From an uncultured Candidatus Saccharibacteria bacterium (GTDB lineage Bacteria; Patescibacteriota; Minisyncoccia; Phycocordibacterales; UBA2100), in assembly GCA_964471165.1 (NCBI GenBank), contig CAYYEX010000003.1, positions 1 through 54,761 of the forward strand: DNA of 54,761 bases, in the 5' to 3' direction. Both the position numbers and the translations under genes were made by a program. Below are positions 22,131-30,183 of the stretch, one piece after another. The notes beneath the pieces are model-generated. The model ran no database searches. It saw nothing but the letters and a program-made list of their open reading frames with translations, and had not been told where the DNA came from. How positions within the stretch are numbered: the first letter of the stretch is position 1; every line of letters starts with the position of its first letter.

Positions 22131-22162
22131 AGCTGTATTTCTGAAATGATTAACTCTTGTAT

Positions 22163-22540
22163 TTAGTTCAAGATTGCGAGAATGTCGCTTTCGCGCACGA
22201 GGAAGTGCTCGTGGTCTTCATCGATACTCACTTCGTTATCCCAACCAGAGTTGAAGATAACTTTATCGCCCACACTCACCGTGACTACTATCACCTTTCC
22301 GTCGTCACTTATGCGGCCGGGACCAACTGCAAGTACTGTGCCGAGCTTCGATTTTTCTTTCTGCGCACTATCAGGAAGGATGATGCCAGAGGCCGACTTC
22401 TTTTCCGGTAAATCGTCGCGTCGCACGAGTACGCGATCCGAAAGGGGTTGCACCGGGGCCTTCGCCTTTGGTGCGGTAGACTTCACCGACTTTTTGCTCA
22501 CTTTTTTTGGTGCTGATTTCTTCATCTTTTTCTTTGCCAT
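22163..22540 (-). CDS. groS: Co-chaperonin GroES with a ~30-aa Lys-rich N-terminal extension
   Basis: The core PLSDRVLVRR...SGIILPDSAQEKSKLGTVLAVGPGR...GDKVIF is canonical GroES. It is preceded by MAKKKMKKSAPKKVSKKSVKSTAPKAKAPVQ, with no internal Met before the core. Confidence 0.9.
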   Translation of the reverse strand: MAKKKMKKSAPKKVSKKSVKSTAPKAKAPVQPLSDRVLVRRDDLPEKKSASGIILPDSAQKEKSKLGTVLAVGPGRISDDGKVIVVTVSVGDKVIFNSGWDNEVSIDEDHEHFLVRESDILAILN

Positions 22541-22601
22541 ATGTGCTGTTTTAGCTAAATAATCCTGTTAGATAAGCGGTTTTCTACTCCGCGACGACCG
22601 G

Positions 22602-22630
22602 ATTATACATACCTATCATGGGCCGTGCAA
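22602..22630 (-). promoter_or_regulatory. Candidate groES-groEL promoter TTGCAC-17nt-TATAAT
   Basis: Plus-strand gtgcaa (22625-22630) and attata (22602-22607) read TTGCAC and TATAAT on the minus strand, with exactly 17 nt between them. The promoter lies about 60 nt upstream of the groES ATG. Confidence 0.5.
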
Positions 22631-22642
22631 TTTCGGCGTGGA

Positions 22643-22671
22643 TTGACCCATTGCCTCGCTTTTGTTAGGAT
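22643..22671 (+). promoter_or_regulatory. Candidate secG promoter TTGACC-17nt-TAGGAT, 8 nt upstream of ATG 22680 (possible leaderless mRNA)
   Basis: Counted directly: TTGACC at 22643-22648, a 17-nt spacer, TAGGAT at 22666-22671, tctgccac, then ATG. Confidence 0.35.
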
Positions 22672-22679
22672 TCTGCCAC

Positions 22680-22913
22680 ATGGATCTCCTCCGACAGGTA
22701 CTGCCCTTCGTGCAGATTGGATTGTCCGTACTCATCATTGTGGCGGTCATTTTGCAGCGCACGGGCGCCTCTTTGGGCGGAGCATTCGGAGCCGACAATT
22801 TTTCGTCTGGTTTCCACACCCGCCGTGGTTTAGAGAAAACCCTCTTCACGGCGACGATCGTTCTCGGTGTTTTGTTTGCCGCGTCCGCACTCTTGAATTT
22901 ACTCATTAGTTAA
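22680..22913 (+). CDS. secG: Preprotein translocase subunit SecG
   Basis: 77 aa with two TM segments flanking a Gly-rich loop (VILQRTGASLGGAFGADNFSSGFHTRRGLEKTL), as in SecG. I prefer ATG 22680 over the TTG at 22662. Confidence 0.75.
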   Translation: MDLLRQVLPFVQIGLSVLIIVAVILQRTGASLGGAFGADNFSSGFHTRRGLEKTLFTATIVLGVLFAASALLNLLIS

Positions 22914-23010
22914 CGGTTTTTCCGCATATCGCCCGTTGGGCGTGTGTGCTTGCGCCATTGCGCTATGGACCCCGTGAGATAATCCGGGCTTCACTTCTAG
23001 ATACATTCAT

Positions 23011-24870
23011 ATGCAACTTGAATCTGACGAATCACCTGATTCATCAAGACGTAAAATATCTCATGGGGTGGATGACTCCCTTGACGGTACGCCTGTACCC
23101 ACAAAAAAAGCAACGCTCACAAAAGAACGCAGCATTATGCGTTTTTCAGTGCTCGACGAATTAGTCGCGCGTTTTTCTCCTGCAGAACGCCTTATCCTGT
23201 ACACACTCACCGTTACGCTTGCGGTGAGCGCACTCGCACTGCTCTCTGGGGCAAACGAAACAGTCTCGCTACAGGTGCCGTCACGTGGCGGCTCCATCAC
23301 CGAAGGACTCATCGGCCCTGCCCGCTTCATCAATCCCGTGCTCGCGACATCCGCCGCAGATAGCGACCTCACTGCGCTCGTGTACTCGGGACTTGTGCGC
23401 CCGCTGCCCGACGGCACCACAGTGCCCGATATTGCGGAGAGCTATACCGTTTCCGACGACGGTACAACATACACATTCAAACTGCGAACACGCGCAACCT
23501 TCCAAGACGGTGAGCCCGTGACTTCCGCAGACATCGTATTCACCGTAAAACAGATTCAGAATCCTGACATCAAAAGTCCACACCGTTCGGACTGGGACGG
23601 TGTAGCCATCACCGCGCCAGACGACCACACAATAGTGTTCACGCTTCCGCATGCCTACGCTCCATTCATCGAAAATTGCACGCTTGGTATTTTGCCTGAG
23701 CATTTGTGGAAAGACACAACGCCCGAAGATTTTCCGTTCAACCCGCTCAACACTCATCCGGTAGGCTCCGGACCATACCGCGTGAAGCAGGTCGAAGAAG
23801 ATTCCACCGGCTCTGCCACTCGATTTGATTTGGAACCATTCTCCGACTTCACTCTCGGGCGAGCGCACATTAGTTCGCTTACGTTGCGTCTCTACAACAA
23901 CGAAGACGCAATTGTGACCGCTTTCAACAAAGGTGAAATTAGTGCAGTTGCCGGAATTTCGTCCGAACAACTCGCGGCCCTCAACCTCAACAATTCAACA
24001 GTTATGCGCTCCACACTCCCGCGCGTATTTGGCGTATTTTTCAACCAGAACCACGCACCCGTCTTTGCTGACGCTGCGGTGCGCAGCGCGCTTGATATTG
24101 CACTCGATAAAGACCGCCTTGTGCGCGCTACACTCGGTGGATTCGCGACACCACTCTCTAGTCCTATCCCTCCGATGAACTCTGGCTTCGTTATAGCCAC
24201 CGGCAACACCACGAGCACGGTTTCCACCGCATACACCCTCGACTCTGTCGACGCTGCGCGCGACGCGCTTGAACGAGGTGGATGGAAGTGGAATGAGACC
24301 GAAGCCGTCTGGAAAAAAGGTACGCAGATACTGCAGTTCACGCTCGCAACAACAGATACTCCAGAGTTGGTTGCAAGCGCAAACGCGGTTACAACCGCGT
24401 GGCGACAAACCGGCGTCAAGGTAACGGTAAAGGTGTATTCGCTCGCGGAGCTCAACACGACCGTTATCCGACCACGCGAATACGACGCAATACTCTTCGG
24501 CGAAGTTGTTGGCCGCGAGCCGGACCTTTATGCGTTCTGGCACTCTTCGCAACGCAATGACCCCGGACTGAACCTCTCCTTGTATGCGAACGCCAAAGCT
24601 GATACACTCCTCTCGCAAGCACGCGCGACGACAAAGAGACAGGATCGCGACAAGCTCTACACGGAATTTGCGGATTTAATCCGAGAGGATCAGCCCGCCA
24701 TCTTTCTGTATGCTCCGGACTTCCTGTATGTCTTACCAAAAAATGTCATCGGCGTGAGAATCGGCTCCCTCACAACACCTGCTGAACGGTACGAAAGCGT
24801 ATACCGCTGGTACACGGATACAGAGCGTGTGTGGGAAATCTTTGCACGAGATTCAAACCAGACCCTTTAA
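23011..24870 (+). CDS. ABC transporter substrate-binding protein, family 5 (peptide/nickel, OppA/DppA-like), membrane-anchored
   Basis: YTFKLRTRATFQDGEPVTSADIVFT and the overall length and pattern are typical of SBP family 5. The N-terminal TM segment is LILYTLTVTLAVSALALLSG. The true start may be the internal Met at 23137. Confidence 0.7.
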   Translation: MQLESDESPDSSRRKISHGVDDSLDGTPVPTKKATLTKERSIMRFSVLDELVARFSPAERLILYTLTVTLAVSALALLSGANETVSLQVPSRGGSITEGLIGPARFINPVLATSAADSDLTALVYSGLVRPLPDGTTVPDIAESYTVSDDGTTYTFKLRTRATFQDGEPVTSADIVFTVKQIQNPDIKSPHRSDWDGVAITAPDDHTIVFTLPHAYAPFIENCTLGILPEHLWKDTTPEDFPFNPLNTHPVGSGPYRVKQVEEDSTGSATRFDLEPFSDFTLGRAHISSLTLRLYNNEDAIVTAFNKGEISAVAGISSEQLAALNLNNSTVMRSTLPRVFGVFFNQNHAPVFADAAVRSALDIALDKDRLVRATLGGFATPLSSPIPPMNSGFVIATGNTTSTVSTAYTLDSVDAARDALERGGWKWNETEAVWKKGTQILQFTLATTDTPELVASANAVTTAWRQTGVKVTVKVYSLAELNTTVIRPREYDAILFGEVVGREPDLYAFWHSSQRNDPGLNLSLYANAKADTLLSQARATTKRQDRDKLYTEFADLIREDQPAIFLYAPDFLYVLPKNVIGVRIGSLTTPAERYESVYRWYTDTERVWEIFARDSNQTL

Positions 24871-24896
24871 ATTGTTACAAACGCATTAATAACCAC

Positions 24897-26879
24897 ATGG
24901 AACAGCATTTCTCAAACAAAGGCGGCGCCTTCGTGCCCGCCCCAAACGACACCCCCGCCTCGGGGCAACAGCCGCGTGGCCCAAAGCCACAACAGCGTCC
25001 GAATCATAAACCCGCAGATAGACCGGAGGGTCGACCTGATGGCAGGCCCGCTCAGCCAGGACAACCGGGACAAAAGCCGGGAGGTCGCGGCCGCTCACGC
25101 CGACCGTTCTCATCGCGCCCTGCTCGTCCGCCTCGCGGTCGCACCAAGGTAGAACATCAGGCACCGTCCACACGCGACAAAAAGCCAGTACAGCTCGTGC
25201 CCCCACCCAAGGACGACGTGGTGCGCATTATTCCGCTCGGCGGCGTGGAAGAAATCGGCCGCAACATGACAGCAGTTCAATTCCGCGACGACATATTTGT
25301 TCTCGATGCAGGATTCGCCTTCTCCGAAGACGACACACCAGGTATCGATTACATTCTTCCAAACACTGGATACTTGGAAGAGAACCGAGATAAAATTCGT
25401 GGACTCCTCATTTCCCACGGCCACCTCGACCACATCGGCGGTATCCCCTACATCATCGATCGTATCGGTAACCCAACCATCTACACCCGCCGACTCACCG
25501 GCATGATGATTAAGAAGCGCCAGGAGGAGTTTGCGCAGGTTGCGCCCGTTCAAATTCGTGAAGTTGAACGCGACGAAGTCATCAAACTCGGCCAGCTCAC
25601 AATTCGCTTTTTCGGTGTAACCCACACAGTCCCCGACTCGATGGGTATCATTATCGAAACACCATACGGCGACGTGGTATTCACCGGCGACATCAAACTC
25701 AACCACGAAGGCGGTGAACCGTCGGACGAAGAAAAGCGTGAGTTCGGTATATTCAAAGACCGCAACGTTTTGGCTCTCCTTATGGACTCCACAAACGTAT
25801 GGCAGCCTGGATTCTCCATCCCTGAATCGAACGTGTATCGAACGCTCGAAGCAATCATTAAAGACTCAAAGGGCCGACTCATTATCGCGATGTTCGCCTC
25901 ACACCTCGAGCGCCTCATCCGTGTCGTAAAGTTTGCAGAAGACTACGGCAAGAAAATTGTTATCGACGGACGTTCGATGAAAACGAACATCGAGATTGCG
26001 CGAGAACTCGGTCTCATCAAATACAAAGACGACACCGTTGTCACTGTTGAGAACATGCTCCAGTATCCACCAGAGCGCATGATTATTCTTGCAACGGGGG
26101 CACAGGGAGACGAGTTCGCCTCACTCGCTCGCATCGGCAACAAAACACACAAGTACATCCGCCTGCAGCCCACCGACACAATCGTGCTCTCGTCGTCTGT
26201 CATTCCAGGCAACGAACGAGCCGTGCAGAAGCTCAAGGACAATCTTTCGCGTCAGGGTGCACACATCATCACCTACCATGCCTCCGATGTGCACGCCTCT
26301 GGTCACGGTAACCGCGAGGAAGCAGTATGGATTCACAAGCAAATCCGTCCGAAGTTCTTCGTTCCGGTACACGGCTACCACTACATGCTCCGTGTTCACG
26401 CAGACCTCGCAGTTGAAATGGGCGTCAATCCAAAGAACGTGATTGTGCCGGATAACTCATCGGTTATCGAAATTACTGCTGGCGAAAAAATCTCCAAGCA
26501 TGCAGTGAAAGCTCCGTCTGAGTTGCGCGTTGTCGAAGGTCACACAGTCTCCGAACTCTCCGATGTACTCATGCGCGACCGTAAGGCACTCGGACAAGAG
26601 GGTTTCTGCGTGGTTGTGGCCACGGTGGACCGCCGCACCGGCAAGCTCCACAAATCGCCCGACATCATTTCCCGCGGCTTCGTGTATCTGCGCGACAACA
26701 AAGACCTCATGGATCAAACGCGACTCATCATCCGCAAGTCGGTTGAAACATCGATGCGTAATCCCCGCTCGGCCGACCTCGACGTTGCCCGCGAAGACCT
26801 CGCAGAATCTGTGGCGCGATTCCTTCTGCAGCGCACAATGAAACGACCAATCGTGATTCCGGTCATTGTTTCTATCTAA
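24897..26879 (+). CDS. rnj: Ribonuclease J (metallo-beta-lactamase / beta-CASP) with ~100-aa Pro/Arg/Gly-rich N-terminal extension
   Basis: IIPLGGVEEIGRNMT, HGHLDHIGG (HxHxDH), and ASGH and HGYHYMLRVH in the beta-CASP/C-terminal part. I chose ATG 24897 because it follows the upstream stop (24868-24870). Confidence 0.85.
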   Translation: MEQHFSNKGGAFVPAPNDTPASGQQPRGPKPQQRPNHKPADRPEGRPDGRPAQPGQPGQKPGGRGRSRRPFSSRPARPPRGRTKVEHQAPSTRDKKPVQLVPPPKDDVVRIIPLGGVEEIGRNMTAVQFRDDIFVLDAGFAFSEDDTPGIDYILPNTGYLEENRDKIRGLLISHGHLDHIGGIPYIIDRIGNPTIYTRRLTGMMIKKRQEEFAQVAPVQIREVERDEVIKLGQLTIRFFGVTHTVPDSMGIIIETPYGDVVFTGDIKLNHEGGEPSDEEKREFGIFKDRNVLALLMDSTNVWQPGFSIPESNVYRTLEAIIKDSKGRLIIAMFASHLERLIRVVKFAEDYGKKIVIDGRSMKTNIEIARELGLIKYKDDTVVTVENMLQYPPERMIILATGAQGDEFASLARIGNKTHKYIRLQPTDTIVLSSSVIPGNERAVQKLKDNLSRQGAHIITYHASDVHASGHGNREEAVWIHKQIRPKFFVPVHGYHYMLRVHADLAVEMGVNPKNVIVPDNSSVIEITAGEKISKHAVKAPSELRVVEGHTVSELSDVLMRDRKALGQEGFCVVVATVDRRTGKLHKSPDIISRGFVYLRDNKDLMDQTRLIIRKSVETSMRNPRSADLDVAREDLAESVARFLLQRTMKRPIVIPVIVSI

Positions 26880-26943
26880 AAACGACACTTGATTCCTCAC
26901 CAACAAAGGCATAGGCTACTCCCGGGAAACTGGAGCAATTGCC

Positions 26944-27231
26944 ATGTTTGGATTATCGATGGTCGCTGGCGTCATCCAACGGTTTCGCGTGGCTCGCTAC
27001 GAGCAACGAATTCGGGATAATCAGTGGAAGGTCGCGGCGACAAAACATGCCATCGCGGAAGTCCTCTGCGTCGAGGAAGACACGCTCACCGACGAAACCG
27101 ACATCTCGGAGCGTGGATTCGCGATTGCAGTGGCAATAACGAAACAAGCGCAGATGCCAATCAATCCGCGCGATGTCACGACGGTCGGCAACGTACTGAA
27201 TTTCGTCGAAGCGAACCTCGATCTCGATTAA
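26944..27231 (+). CDS. Hypothetical small protein with acyl-carrier-protein-like sequence pattern (no canonical DSL serine motif)
   Basis: A sample of 20 codons (27061-27120) has G/C at 16 of 20 third positions, which supports coding. IAEVLCVEEDTLTDETDISERGFAIAVAI...INPRDVTTVGNVLNFVEANL aligns by eye to the ACP helix pattern. Confidence 0.5.
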   Translation: MFGLSMVAGVIQRFRVARYEQRIRDNQWKVAATKHAIAEVLCVEEDTLTDETDISERGFAIAVAITKQAQMPINPRDVTTVGNVLNFVEANLDLD

Positions 27232-27342
27232 ATAAGCCACGGAGCACGGCATCAAAGCGCAGAATCTCGCGCTTTTTTGTTTGACAGCACACAGGTATGG
27301 GGACATATTTCGCACGGGAGACAAAAAACAAGGAACCCAAGG

Positions 27343-27594
27343 ATGGACCAACCGCTCATTGGCACACGAACAGCGTTCTATCGATACCCGGCGCTCCAAA
27401 CACTCGACACCATGCTGCTGTTGATTGAGGTCAACCGCTTCTCGCTCTGGGACCTCGTGCGCATTCTCAATCGCGTCGGAGACGCATCGAGCGTAGAAGC
27501 AGAAATTGCATGGCTCGTGCGTTACAGATATGTATGGAAGGGGCCCTCGTCCGTCTATGAGATTTCGCCCAAGGGCTTCAACCGCATCCGCTGA
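27343..27594 (+). CDS. Hypothetical small protein, possibly winged-helix DNA-binding
   Basis: SLWDLVRILNRVGDASSVEAEIAWLVRYRYVWKGPSSVYEISPKGFNRI resembles the recognition helix, wing and terminal helix of wHTH proteins. Start taken at ATG 27343, preceded by AAGGA. Confidence 0.4.
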   Translation: MDQPLIGTRTAFYRYPALQTLDTMLLLIEVNRFSLWDLVRILNRVGDASSVEAEIAWLVRYRYVWKGPSSVYEISPKGFNRIR

Positions 27595-27615
27595 ATACAA
27601 AGTTCAGCCGCGAAC

Positions 27616-27652
27616 AAAAAAACGACCGGAACTGGTTTCCGCGTCGTTTTTT
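27616..27652. terminator. Bidirectional intrinsic terminator between convergent genes
   Basis: A7 run, then stem ACGACCGGAA / TTCCGCGTCGT (one bulge) with loop CTGG, then a T6 run. Confidence 0.6.
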
Positions 27653-27670
27653 GCTTTCACTTTTTACCGG

Positions 27671-28552
27671 TTAGGCAATTCGCCAGCTTCCCTTGCTGCT
27701 CGCTACGAGCCCATCCTTTTTCAAATCAGTAAGCGCCTGACGAATCATGTGTTCCTCAAATGATAATTTGTGTGCAAGCGCGAGGTCGCCATGCGCACCT
27801 TCGCTCAACGCTCGAATAACTGCTCCTCGCACTTGTCGCAGAGACCCAATGAATTTTGTTTGCATAACATATGATGCACTTCTGCGAGTGGGGTTCACAT
27901 GAAGCGACTTCACATGCGACCCGTAATCCATGAGTGCCCAGTACCATTCTCGCGGGTCCTGCCCCACGCTCGCCTGCTCTATCAGTGGCACAAGCTCGCG
28001 ATCATGCACTGCCGCATCTTTTTTCACATACACTAACTTTCTACGACCGCTTGGTTTTAGTGTAGTGGGAAAAAAGTGATGAATGAATGCTGCGCGCACA
28101 TTCGTTTCGACCATTGTGTGGGGCTCGTTATATGCAAATGTGCGCACTGCGGCGCGCGTGTATGGTCCAACACCGGGCAAACGCTCGGCGGTCGCGCGCT
28201 TGAAGTTGCCGCTGTACTCGTGAACTATAAGTTTCGCTGCATCGTGTAAGTATTTTCCCCTACGATTGTACCCAAGGCCACTCCATTCTTTTAAAACGGA
28301 GGAAAGCTTCGCTTCGGCAAGCGCTTCAACCGTTGGGAAATGCTTCAGAAAACTCTTGTACTTTTGCAGAACTCGCGGCACCTGTGTTTGCTGCAGCATA
28401 ATCTCAGAGACTAAAATGCGGTATGGATTGCGTGTCTTGCGCCACGGCAGGGAGTGCCGACCGTGATTCTTGTAGTAATCCCACACCGCGCGTTGGAACG
28501 CAGCTACAGCTTTAGACGCCGGGGTTTGTACTTTTTTCGTCGGCGTGGACAT
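27671..28552 (-). CDS. HhH-GPD superfamily DNA glycosylase, MutY-like, cysteine-free (no 4Fe-4S loop), with C-terminal extra domain
   Basis: LVSEIMLQQTQVPRV, LGYNRRGKYLH and LPGVGPYTRAAV (HhH-GPD). From Met 28552 (MSTPTKK...) the protein contains no Cys at all. Confidence 0.7.
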   Translation of the reverse strand: MSTPTKKVQTPASKAVAAFQRAVWDYYKNHGRHSLPWRKTRNPYRILVSEIMLQQTQVPRVLQKYKSFLKHFPTVEALAEAKLSSVLKEWSGLGYNRRGKYLHDAAKLIVHEYSGNFKRATAERLPGVGPYTRAAVRTFAYNEPHTMVETNVRAAFIHHFFPTTLKPSGRRKLVYVKKDAAVHDRELVPLIEQASVGQDPREWYWALMDYGSHVKSLHVNPTRRSASYVMQTKFIGSLRQVRGAVIRALSEGAHGDLALAHKLSFEEHMIRQALTDLKKDGLVASSKGSWRIA

Positions 28553-28766
28553 GAATGACGGGTTCAGCTGCTTGCCCCTGCAGGTCGATTGGCATAATGA
28601 AAATTGCAATAATGTATGCGAGTCCAAGCGGGAAAAATCCCGTAACAAGGACTGCTGCAACGAACAACACACGCAGCACTGTCACATCAATAACAAAATA
28701 TTCAGCGAATCCGGCTATCACGCCAGCTATCATCGCATTCTTGGGGGAGCGTTTGAGTGCTTTCAT
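28512..28766 (-). CDS. PspC-domain membrane protein
   Basis: RSPKNAMIAGVIAGFAEYFVIDVTVLRVLFV matches the PspC domain pattern, and a second TM segment follows. It overlaps the downstream gene start by 41 nt. Confidence 0.7.
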   Translation of the reverse strand: MKALKRSPKNAMIAGVIAGFAEYFVIDVTVLRVLFVAAVLVTGFFPLGLAYIIAIFIMPIDLQGQAAEPVIHVHADEKSTNPGV

Positions 28767-28846
28767 GCGCCCAGTATACGCATACTAACGCGACTAACAA
28801 CACCGGCTCCTGTAATTCATCCAATTGGACAAATTACATGAGTTTA

Positions 28847-29548
28847 CTAGATGTCGTAAATCACATCCTTTCGCTCCACTTTCACTTCCCAATCGAGGCG
28901 TTGTGCGGTCTTAAACAACTTTAGATTCGGATTGAAGCAAATTGGCCGCGCCACCATTTCCAAAAACGGGATATCACTCTCGGTGTCCCCGACTCCCACG
29001 GAGTATGCGAGCGTGAGGTCTGCTTTTTCTATCGCTCGTTTTACAATATTTCCCTTATTGAAAATGAGATGCTCGTCAGTAATCGCTCCGGTAAACAAAT
29101 CCTGCGGACCAATTTCATACACAACTCCATACGCCTTATCAAACCCCAGGCGCGGGCAAAATTTATCGAGAACGGTTTTGGGTGAGTGCGACACGGCAAG
29201 CAGGTAGTACCCTTTTGACTTCAGGAGCTTCAGTAAGTCCCGCGTGTATTTATATGTGCGTTTCCACTGTTCTTCCACGAGCTGTTCAGAGGCTTCGGCG
29301 AGTTCTGCATAGTGCACGCCCTTGAGATGCGAACGAAACGCACGAATTACCGCTTCAATGTATTCTTGGTAGTCGCCCTCGCGGTCGAGCCATTTGCGAT
29401 GCTCTCGCTCATATACTGAGCGCGTATCAGAAGGAAATGCCCCACGCTCGATAAGCGTCTCCACGAGCTGAATCAAGAGAGATGAGCGAAAAATTGTTCC
29501 ATCCACATCAAAGACCGCCATTTTTCGACGCTCATTCCGTTCAGCCAT
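28847..29548 (-). CDS. HAD-superfamily hydrolase, subfamily IB-like (phosphoserine-phosphatase-like)
   Basis: Motif I is FDVDGTIF, with a helical cap region, then SHSPK and GVGDTESD (motif IV). The start is either ATG 29548 or ATG 29521. Confidence 0.7.
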   Translation of the reverse strand: MAERNERRKMAVFDVDGTIFRSSLLIQLVETLIERGAFPSDTRSVYEREHRKWLDREGDYQEYIEAVIRAFRSHLKGVHYAELAEASEQLVEEQWKRTYKYTRDLLKLLKSKGYYLLAVSHSPKTVLDKFCPRLGFDKAYGVVYEIGPQDLFTGAITDEHLIFNKGNIVKRAIEKADLTLAYSVGVGDTESDIPFLEMVARPICFNPNLKLFKTAQRLDWEVKVERKDVIYDI

Positions 29549-29777
29549 AGAGCCATGGTTGCACACAGGTGCCCCCTTGCGTAATTGCACCATGTATTGC
29601 ATAGTCATGACGGCATGTGAAGCCAGGCAATAGACTTCAAGGGAGTCAGGAATGTCGCTTGTTGAAATCGGGGGCTATCCGGGTAGATTTGGTCGCGGCG
29701 GCCACGGCCGCATCCCGCAAAAAGGGCGCCAGCATCGCAAGACTGCTGCTGCCACTGCGGATCAGGCACAGGTCCAG

Positions 29778-30086
29778 ATGCCGGACGGCCGCTTCATCAG
29801 TGCGGATTATTTCGCCGCTATCCACGAGAAGGCGCGCGCAAAAATCGGGGCAAACGCCCGCGGTTTCGCCAATATCGTCGAAGCGTTCGACAAGCCTCAC
29901 GAGCACAAGAGGCTGCACGAATGGATGAAGCATCTGCGCAAGCGCGGCGGCTACGGAGATCTCGACGCCGACACATTCCTTTGCATCGCGGTTTGCTACA
30001 CCGCCGCACGCTGGAATACGACGCCGGCACTGCTGTACGAAGAAATCATTCGTGCCCGGAGCGTGCGCGCGCTTTTGCCGAAGTAA
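29778..30086 (+). CDS. Hypothetical protein
   Basis: Protein-like from Met 29778 (MPDGRFISADYFAAIHEKARAK...). The longer ORF-track N-terminus is Gly/Arg-rich and doubtful. The overlapping minus-strand ORF runs into ddl and is rejected. Confidence 0.4.
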   Translation: MPDGRFISADYFAAIHEKARAKIGANARGFANIVEAFDKPHEHKRLHEWMKHLRKRGGYGDLDADTFLCIAVCYTAARWNTTPALLYEEIIRARSVRALLPK

Positions 30087-30183
30087 CGGCACAACTGAAC
30101 ATTCGATGGGTCGGGCGGCATACACTGGTTGTGCCGCCCTTTTGATTTGGTATATGTGATTTTGTATGTGGTACGGTAGGTAT

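Noticed and set aside
20830-22149. 233-aa and 124-aa plus-strand ORFs antisense to groEL.
   Set aside because: groEL is unambiguous, and these are the usual open antisense frames.
22541-22620. I looked for a CIRCE element (TTAGCACTC-N9-GAGTGCTAA) upstream of groES.
   Set aside because: No match. Only a plain -35/-10 promoter is visible.
23061-24739. Minus-strand ORFs (119-229 aa) antisense to the substrate-binding-protein gene.
   Set aside because: They are antisense or alternative frames of a well-supported 619-aa gene, with no motifs.
26953-27600. 215-aa minus-strand ORF spanning two plus-strand small genes.
   Set aside because: The plus-strand frame at 27061-27120 has 16 of 20 G/C third positions and protein-like sequence. 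The minus-strand product has no recognisable features and crosses an intergenic gap.
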